A stretch of 13,271 nt of DNA, taken from Armatimonadia bacterium. GTDB lineage: Bacteria; Armatimonadota; Zipacnadia; Zipacnadales; UBA11051. The position numbers and the translations under genes are program-made. The notes beneath the pieces were generated by a model that worked only from the letters and a program-made list of their open reading frames with translations, did not search any database and was not told the origin of the DNA. Shown here piece by piece: positions 7,544-13,271 of the stretch; positions within the stretch are counted from its first letter, which is position 1; every line of letters starts with the position of its first letter. The stretch lies in the NCBI GenBank assembly GCA_039683575.1, contig JBDKRC010000023.1:1-13271 (forward strand). Direction: 5' to 3'.

Positions 7544-8875
7544 CTACACCAACCGCCGGAAATGTTGCCCCCATAGCCCGCCCTCGACCAGATTGTCCAG
7601 TTCCCCGTTGGTCAGGGCTCCTTTGATGATCTTGAAGGCCTCGTCAGCCGCCTGCAGGTACGCTTCGATGTGCGCTGGCTCGTGGGAGTAGCTCAGATAT
7701 GCCCCCATCAGGCACAGGATGCCACGCTTGACCAGTTCCTGCAGGTACACCGTGGTCATCACGATGCGCTGGTGCTCGTCCACCTCCTCGAACCCCATAT
7801 GCAGGACAGGCGCAAAACCATCGCAATGGAACCGTAGGTCGTGCTTGGCCGCCAGTTCACGCAAACCGGCCTGCAGCTTGCCGCCCATCTCCCACAGGTG
7901 CGGGATAACCCGCTTGTCGCGCAGTTCCTTGACGGTGGCAAGACCAGCCGCCAGACCAAGGGTGTCGCTGAAGTAAGTGCTGGAGATGAACATGGTGGCC
8001 GCGCTCTGCATGATCTCGCGCCGGCCGCACACCACGCCCAGGGGGATGCCGTTTGAGATGGCCTTGGCGAAAGAGCACATGTCCGGCGTAACGCCGAAGT
8101 ACTCCTGCGCGCCGCCGAGAGCGAAACGGAAGCCAGTCACGACTTCATCGAAGATAAGCACCGCGCCGTGTTGGTCGCAAAGCTCCCGCACGCCTTCAAG
8201 AAAGCCGGGATCGGGCTGCTTGCCACGAGCCGCTTCCATGATGATGCAGGCGACCTGCCCCGGATGCTGGTCGAGCACAGCGCGCAGCGAGTCGAGATTG
8301 TTGAATTCGAAGGGCACCGCCGTCCCGGCGAGCCCTCTGGGCACGCCGAGGGTGTTCAGTCCCGGCAGCAGGTGACTGTTGAGAGTGTTGTCGTCCTGCA
8401 GGTTCGCGGCCAAGTACCAGTCGTGCCAGCCGTGATAGCCGCAGAACGCGACGGTGTCGCGGCCGGTGTGGCCTCGGGCAATCCGAATGGCAGCCGCGTT
8501 GGTCTCGCCGCCACACTTGAAGAAACGGACCATCTCGGCGCATGGGACGAGGTCAATGAGCAGGTCGGCCAACTCTAGCTCGAGCGGACTGTTGACGGTG
8601 AGGCAGTTGCCGCCCTGCACCGCCGCAGTCACGGCCGCCGTCACTGCGGGGTAGGCGTGGCCGAGAATGACAGGGCCGCAGCCCATGCCGAAGTCCAGGT
8701 ACTCATTGCCGTCAACGTCCCATATGCGCACGCCCTCGGCCCGCTCGAGGTACATCGGCGTAATGCCGGGAACGAAACGATCAGCACGGCGGGAGAAGAG
8801 CTGCGTGCCCCCGGGCATGATCTCAAGCGCGCGTTCATAGAGCGCGTTTGACTTGGGGACGCCACGGTATGGCAT
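7544..8875 (-). CDS. Class III PLP-dependent aminotransferase, glutamate-1-semialdehyde aminomutase-like paralog (443 aa)
   Basis: GGAGG SD 8 nt before the ATG at 8875. Motifs MPGGTQLFS, WDVDGNEYLD, LGHA, GYHGWHDW, LIFDEVVTGFR, SFAKAISNG (PLP Lys). Lacks the HemL hallmarks NSGTEA and AGTLSGNP (has KCGGET and SSTYFSD), so it is not called hemL. Confidence 0.92.
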   Translation of the reverse strand: MPYRGVPKSNALYERALEIMPGGTQLFSRRADRFVPGITPMYLERAEGVRIWDVDGNEYLDFGMGCGPVILGHAYPAVTAAVTAAVQGGNCLTVNSPLELELADLLIDLVPCAEMVRFFKCGGETNAAAIRIARGHTGRDTVAFCGYHGWHDWYLAANLQDDNTLNSHLLPGLNTLGVPRGLAGTAVPFEFNNLDSLRAVLDQHPGQVACIIMEAARGKQPDPGFLEGVRELCDQHGAVLIFDEVVTGFRFALGGAQEYFGVTPDMCSFAKAISNGIPLGVVCGRREIMQSAATMFISSTYFSDTLGLAAGLATVKELRDKRVIPHLWEMGGKLQAGLRELAAKHDLRFHCDGFAPVLHMGFEEVDEHQRIVMTTVYLQELVKRGILCLMGAYLSYSHEPAHIEAYLQAADEAFKIIKGALTNGELDNLVEGGLWGQHFRRLV

Positions 8876-8893
8876 TGGGGGCACCTCCGGAAC

Positions 8894-8908
8894 TGAAGCC
8901 GGGCTTCA
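8894..8908. promoter_or_regulatory. Perfect inverted repeat just upstream of the class III aminotransferase RBS
   Basis: TGAAGCC-G-GGCTTCA, flanked by CGGAA (8888-8892) and TTCCG (8915-8919), which can extend the stem. Confidence 0.4.
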
Positions 8909-8949
8909 CAGCGATTCCGAGCGCAGGTGGTATTCCTACGTCTGGGCAG

Positions 8950-11277
8950 CTACCTTTGCGTCGCGTCCCACAGGCCTTTGGCCCCCTCGCCTACCACGGC
9001 TGGGCAACCCTCGAACACATTCCCCCGGCACAGGTTGTTCATGGCCTTCCCCCAGCGGTCCGGGTAGAGCCCCAGGGCGACACTGCCCGCCTCGTCAAAG
9101 CCGCTGAAGGTGTTGTCCACTACTGTGAACCGCCCCTTGAGCGCCAGCGCTTCCTTGACCCCTGTGGCCCCGCCGCGGGTGATGGTATTGCCACGGAACA
9201 GCGACGTGCCGCTGCCGTAGCTGTCCAGGAACACAGGGTGCGTGCAGTCGCTGATGGTGTTGTCGTGCAGGTCCCAGTTCGCGCCGTAGGGCGGGTAGAT
9301 CTCCAGGACATCCCCGACCTTCATATCCCGTGGCTGTGTGAGCTTGAAGCGGAAGGTCTCTGGGTCGCAGCTCTCGATAGTCGAGGTGCCAGCTGCCTTG
9401 TCGCCCTGCAGCCACACCACCTGCCAGCCGCGGTAGCCATGCGAGCCGGCGCGGACCATCGGCACGCCACTGGAGCCCGGTAACATGAAGGTCTGCTTGT
9501 CGATAACCTCGGCCACCCGCCCCTGCGCCCGCAAAGTTGCGATACCCGTCCCGCAGTTGCGGATCAGGTTGTCATGCACGTTGACATTGAGCGCCGGCTC
9601 GCGCAGCCGGATGCCTGTCACCGTGGGATCGACCGCGCCGCGCACGTAGATCTGGTTGTTGGCAGCGATGGTCTCATTGGCGCTGATCTCCACGCCGCAA
9701 CGTGGCACTGACGCCCCCGCAAGGCAGCTCAGGTCTACGATGTTGCCCGTGATGATGGTATTGGCGGCCGGGTAGTGACGCGTGTCGCACCAGCCGTTGG
9801 CGTAGATGGCTGGCGAGTTGAAGTTGACGAACAGGTTGTTGCGGATGATGACCTGGGTGGAGCCGTGGCAGGTAACCACGGCGCAGCTACCGATCTTCCC
9901 GCCGTAGTACCCGCCGCCCTCAAACACGTTGTCAGCGATGATATGTTGCCCTGCTCCCAGATCGGGGTAGGTCTCGTCATGGTTCAGCGGCCCCAGATTG
10001 CCCATGGCGACGGTGCCTGAATTGCGCACGTAGTTGCCGATGAAGCGAATGAACCGTCCTGCCCCCTCCCACGAGCACCCGCCCACGTCCACGATGCGGC
10101 AATACAGCACGCTGGTGTTCTCCGACCCGCAGAGCACGTCATTGAAGGCGTTGCGGCCGCAGTCAATGGCCGAACAGCGCAGGTAGGTGGTTGAGATGGT
10201 ATGCTTCCCTGGCGGCTTCACAGCCCGGCTGTTGCCGCCGGACACAAACGCCTCACATGACATTTTGCGGGCGTGGCAGTTCTCCACCAGAACCCGCTCC
10301 GTGCTGGAGATGCTCACCGCATTGCAGGGCCTCAGCGACATGCCCCACAGCCCCCAGGCGCCTGCGACGTTCAGATAGCCGGCAATATCGGCATCTGCGA
10401 AGCCGGTATTCCCCAGCATGGTGAAGTTGCGCAGGTTCACCTCTTCCCCAACGCTCAGCGTGACACAGGCCCCCTCCCCCTCGCTGATGTCGAACGTGAC
10501 GTTCTCAGCGCTGGCCCCCTCGAAGGTCAGGGAGGACGCATTCCTGATGCGCAGGCCAGCGGCCAGCCGGTACCAGCCCGGCGGCACGAACACGTTGCGC
10601 TTCTCCTTGAGGGCCTTATCAATGGCGTCCTGCAGCGCAGAGTTGTCACAATGCCGCACCACGGCATCGTTTGCGCTGCGGTTGGCCGGGTCGCGCAGGG
10701 TCAGGACCTTCCCCTCGATCTTCTCGATCCGCGTGACAAGCTGATCGCGAGCTGAGAAGGTCACGGCATAGCCTTCGGTCCAGTCCAGCTTGTCGGGGGC
10801 GAAGCGCACCTCCGTGCCGCCGCTGAGGGCGTGCCACTCGCGGTCGAGCGGGCCGCCCTGGTGCCACGTCCGGCCGATGTCATCGCTCCAGCGGAAGCTC
10901 GGGTTGGGACCGGGCGCCACATCGAGGACGTAGATGAGCCAGCTACCCGCGGCCCCGTCGTAGCCGCGCATCTCCACCTCGTCCTTCAGTGCCCGCGAGC
11001 CCTGCAGGACCTTTTTCGGCCCGTACAGCATCTTGCGCAGGTAGCGGACGTTGCAGCGCGACACCATCACGCCCTGCCCAACCTGGAAATCCCCCACATC
11101 CTGCACCGTGATCTGGTTGGAGCCGGCGACGGTGACAGCCCCGGTCGAGTACTGCGATCCGGAAGCCCCGCAGTCCCTGGCGTTCACCCAGGCTGATTTC
11201 TCCTGAGCCGATACGCTCCACGCCAGCACGCCAAGCAGCGTTAAGCTCACCAACGTCAATCGGCAGGCCTTCAGCAT
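8950..11277 (-). CDS. Secreted right-handed parallel beta-helix (pectin lyase-like) protein (775 aa)
   Basis: GGAG SD. Sec signal MLKACRLTLVSLTLLGVLAWSVSA|Q. Cap motifs VNARDCGASG and DNSALQDAID...VFVPPGWY. Beta-helix repeats FIGNYVRN, IIADNVFEG, IIRNNLFVN, IITGNIVD, IAANNQIY, VHDNLIRNCGTGI, LHDNTISDC, FRGNTIT, VVDNTFSG. Confidence 0.88.
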   Translation of the reverse strand: MLKACRLTLVSLTLLGVLAWSVSAQEKSAWVNARDCGASGSQYSTGAVTVAGSNQITVQDVGDFQVGQGVMVSRCNVRYLRKMLYGPKKVLQGSRALKDEVEMRGYDGAAGSWLIYVLDVAPGPNPSFRWSDDIGRTWHQGGPLDREWHALSGGTEVRFAPDKLDWTEGYAVTFSARDQLVTRIEKIEGKVLTLRDPANRSANDAVVRHCDNSALQDAIDKALKEKRNVFVPPGWYRLAAGLRIRNASSLTFEGASAENVTFDISEGEGACVTLSVGEEVNLRNFTMLGNTGFADADIAGYLNVAGAWGLWGMSLRPCNAVSISSTERVLVENCHARKMSCEAFVSGGNSRAVKPPGKHTISTTYLRCSAIDCGRNAFNDVLCGSENTSVLYCRIVDVGGCSWEGAGRFIRFIGNYVRNSGTVAMGNLGPLNHDETYPDLGAGQHIIADNVFEGGGYYGGKIGSCAVVTCHGSTQVIIRNNLFVNFNSPAIYANGWCDTRHYPAANTIITGNIVDLSCLAGASVPRCGVEISANETIAANNQIYVRGAVDPTVTGIRLREPALNVNVHDNLIRNCGTGIATLRAQGRVAEVIDKQTFMLPGSSGVPMVRAGSHGYRGWQVVWLQGDKAAGTSTIESCDPETFRFKLTQPRDMKVGDVLEIYPPYGANWDLHDNTISDCTHPVFLDSYGSGTSLFRGNTITRGGATGVKEALALKGRFTVVDNTFSGFDEAGSVALGLYPDRWGKAMNNLCRGNVFEGCPAVVGEGAKGLWDATQR

Positions 11278-11332
11278 GATGCTTCACTCCCGTGAGACGT
11301 GCTTGGAAAACGCGTCTGTCGCTTGTGTAGTC

Positions 11333-13271
11333 TTACTTATCCGCTGCCCACACTTCGGTCTCCACCAGCGTGAGCTTCTGGCCGGGCTGACGGGGGGCAA
11401 AGCTCACCCGCACGAAGCGGCTGGCCGCCTTCTGGTCCAGCGGCACAACCAGATCGTACACGTCCAGTCCGTCCTCCTGGCTCTTCGCCTGGCCCAGGGG
11501 ACGCCACTGCTGCCCGTCCACACTGCCCTCAACCGTGACCGCCGGTAGAGTGTCACGGAACCACAGCTTGAGCTGGAGCGGCTTCCACGACTGGCGCAGG
11601 TCGAAAGTGACCGACACGGGGTCGGTCTTGGCCCATGAAACGCACCAACGGCTGGCTGGAAGCTCGTATGGGGCATACCACTCCGCTTTCGTCTTCTTGG
11701 CCATGATCGAGTCGCGGCGGTCGGTGAGATGTCCTGTGGCGCAGGGCACGGCGTCGCCCGAGACCTGCTCGTCAGGCATGGCGTCAGGCGGCAGCGAGTA
11801 CCGGTAGGCCGCCCCGATATCACGGTTCTGGGGGTAACGCGGCGTCTCTTCCTGCCACAGGACGTGGTTGTTGGTCAGGCAGAAGCCCGGCTGCTTCGGA
11901 TCCTGCCAGATGACGGATTTGGGGAACTGGAAGCGCCAGATGTCCAGGTTGATCGGGGCACCGGTCCACTTGACGAGGTTGGTGAAGAAGCCTCGCCAGG
12001 CCGGATCAGTCACCGCGCCAAACGTGAAGGGGTTGCGGGCGAAGAGAATGGCGCGGCCTTTCCCCAGAGCGTGGCAGGTGATGGCCGGATCGCCATTGTG
12101 ATAGGTTGCCAGTACGGTTACCTTACCCTGTCCCGAAGGCTGCAGTTGGGGCACATCGGAAGCAAAGGGGATAGCGGGGCCCAACTCCTTGACGGTGGGA
12201 GTGATAGTACTGACCGTGTGCACGGGCCCGCGGGTCACGCCGAAGAGCTCGGTGCGGGCGCTCACGGTGCTGTTGCCCAGCGTATCGGTCTCGAAGGCGG
12301 TCGGATCGGCACAGATGAGGGTGCCGCCGTCCTCCACAAAGCGACGCAGCTTCGCAACCACCTCCGGACGCTGGTAGGTGGCAACCGGAAGGTAGATGAC
12401 GTCGAAGCGCTCCTTCAGGGAGGGGCCATTGAGCACCTGGGCGCGGTCAATGAAACGGAACCAGGAACGGGCCACTGGACCGAGGAGGGTGTAGCAGGCC
12501 TCGGCGCTGGCGGCCAGGCCGCGCCCTCCCTCCTCTGGATCGGCCTGTACGGTGTCATCGTTGAACAGAATGGCCGTGCGGCTATAGGTGGGATACTTGG
12601 GCTTCGGCATGCTGCGGGTGAGGTCCAGGATGTTCATGATGGTATGGTAACGTCGCGGCGAGCCGAAGTAGCAGACGCGCGTGTCGCCGACCAGCTTGTC
12701 GCCGCCGGCGGTATCAGGCATGTACAGGTGCACGCCGCTGCCCCCGTTGCGGAAGATCTGGCTGAGCTCCTCCACTACCTCTTCAGGCGTGGGATCCATG
12801 CTATAGCGCTCTACGTGGGCGCAGGGCCATGCATCTTTGCCGGTCAGGTCACTGAGCAGCTTGCTGATGCAGCCCAGTTGCGCTTGCCAGCGCGTCCGGC
12901 GCGGGGTCCACTGCTGGGTGAAGATGTCAAAGATACCGGCCTGACTGCTCCATTCGTAGGGTGCCAGCTTTCCTCCCATGGCGTCGGTCCCCAGCGTGAC
13001 CAGCTTCGGGTCGTGGCGCTTCACCACTTCGCGCAGCCGCAAATGCCGCTCGCGCAGCTTCGCGAGGCACCAGCGCCGGTACGCAATCCAGCGATACGGG
13101 TTTGAGTCGCGCACTCCTACCGGAATGCCCCACTGTCCCCCACCATAGTCCCGTTTGACTTCCTCGTTCGCCTGCTGCAGGTACGGGAAGTCCGCCGGCG
13201 GGTTCTCCATCAGTTTGGCGCCCTCCCGCAGGACAATCTCGTCAATCCCATCGCCTGCGGAGATGCCCCAG
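11333..13271 (-). CDS. Multidomain glycoside hydrolase-like protein: clan GH-A/GH42-like barrel remnant, beta-galactosidase trimerisation (GATase-like) domain and C-terminal discoidin/CBM32-like domain; 5' end outside window
   Basis: The frame stays open upstream of the track start at 13210 (WGISAGDGIDEIVLREGAKLME). YRWIAYRRW and WPCAHVERY are barrel-like. FDVIYLP...VAKLRRFVEDGGTLI...LGKGRAILF matches the GH42 middle domain pattern. VTFDLRQ...VEGSVDGQQW...RFVRVSF...LVETEVW matches F5/8 type C. TAA stop at 11333-11335. Confidence 0.8.
   Translation of the reverse strand, partial: WGISAGDGIDEIVLREGAKLMENPPADFPYLQQANEEVKRDYGGGQWGIPVGVRDSNPYRWIAYRRWCLAKLRERHLRLREVVKRHDPKLVTLGTDAMGGKLAPYEWSSQAGIFDIFTQQWTPRRTRWQAQLGCISKLLSDLTGKDAWPCAHVERYSMDPTPEEVVEELSQIFRNGGSGVHLYMPDTAGGDKLVGDTRVCYFGSPRRYHTIMNILDLTRSMPKPKYPTYSRTAILFNDDTVQADPEEGGRGLAASAEACYTLLGPVARSWFRFIDRAQVLNGPSLKERFDVIYLPVATYQRPEVVAKLRRFVEDGGTLICADPTAFETDTLGNSTVSARTELFGVTRGPVHTVSTITPTVKELGPAIPFASDVPQLQPSGQGKVTVLATYHNGDPAITCHALGKGRAILFARNPFTFGAVTDPAWRGFFTNLVKWTGAPINLDIWRFQFPKSVIWQDPKQPGFCLTNNHVLWQEETPRYPQNRDIGAAYRYSLPPDAMPDEQVSGDAVPCATGHLTDRRDSIMAKKTKAEWYAPYELPASRWCVSWAKTDPVSVTFDLRQSWKPLQLKLWFRDTLPAVTVEGSVDGQQWRPLGQAKSQEDGLDVYDLVVPLDQKAASRFVRVSFAPRQPGQKLTLVETEVWAADK

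Noticed and set aside
7544-8875. Calling this gene hemL
   Set aside because: HemL-specific motifs are absent and there are no tetrapyrrole genes nearby.
8950-11277. Phage tailspike or prophage interpretation of the beta-helix gene
   Set aside because: It has a Sec signal peptide, and no phage, integrase or att features are in the window.
11729-13105. 458 aa plus-strand ORF and other long antisense ORFs (5948-6766, 6763-7485, 8848-9483)
   Set aside because: These mirror real genes on the opposite strand, as expected in high-GC DNA, and show no domain motifs.

Overview
High-GC bacterial chromosomal segment holding a carbohydrate/amino-sugar metabolism neighbourhood. The DUF1559/H-X9-DG pilin-like gene suggests Armatimonadota or PVC-type origin (inference). 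The left end carries an OPA/GlpT-like MFS transporter on the minus strand that runs off the window and is missed by the ORF track. Divergent from it on the plus strand are: prepilin-type DUF1559 protein, cupin-AraC regulator, DegT/DnrJ/EryC1/StrS aminotransferase, sugar-phosphate isomerase/epimerase TIM barrel, neutral-ceramidase-like metallohydrolase and a second TIM-barrel epimerase/lyase. Converging from the right on the minus strand are: a 5'-truncated GH42-like multidomain protein, a secreted right-handed beta-helix protein with two inserted domains, and a HemL-like class III aminotransferase that is not true HemL. No RNA genes, mobile elements or CRISPR arrays were seen. The leading hypothesis is an AraC-controlled catabolic route for an (N-acyl) amino sugar or aminocyclitol that reaches a keto sugar by transamination rather than NAD-dependent oxidation, flanked by a pilin-like protein, secreted glycan-active proteins and a transporter with an altered binding site.
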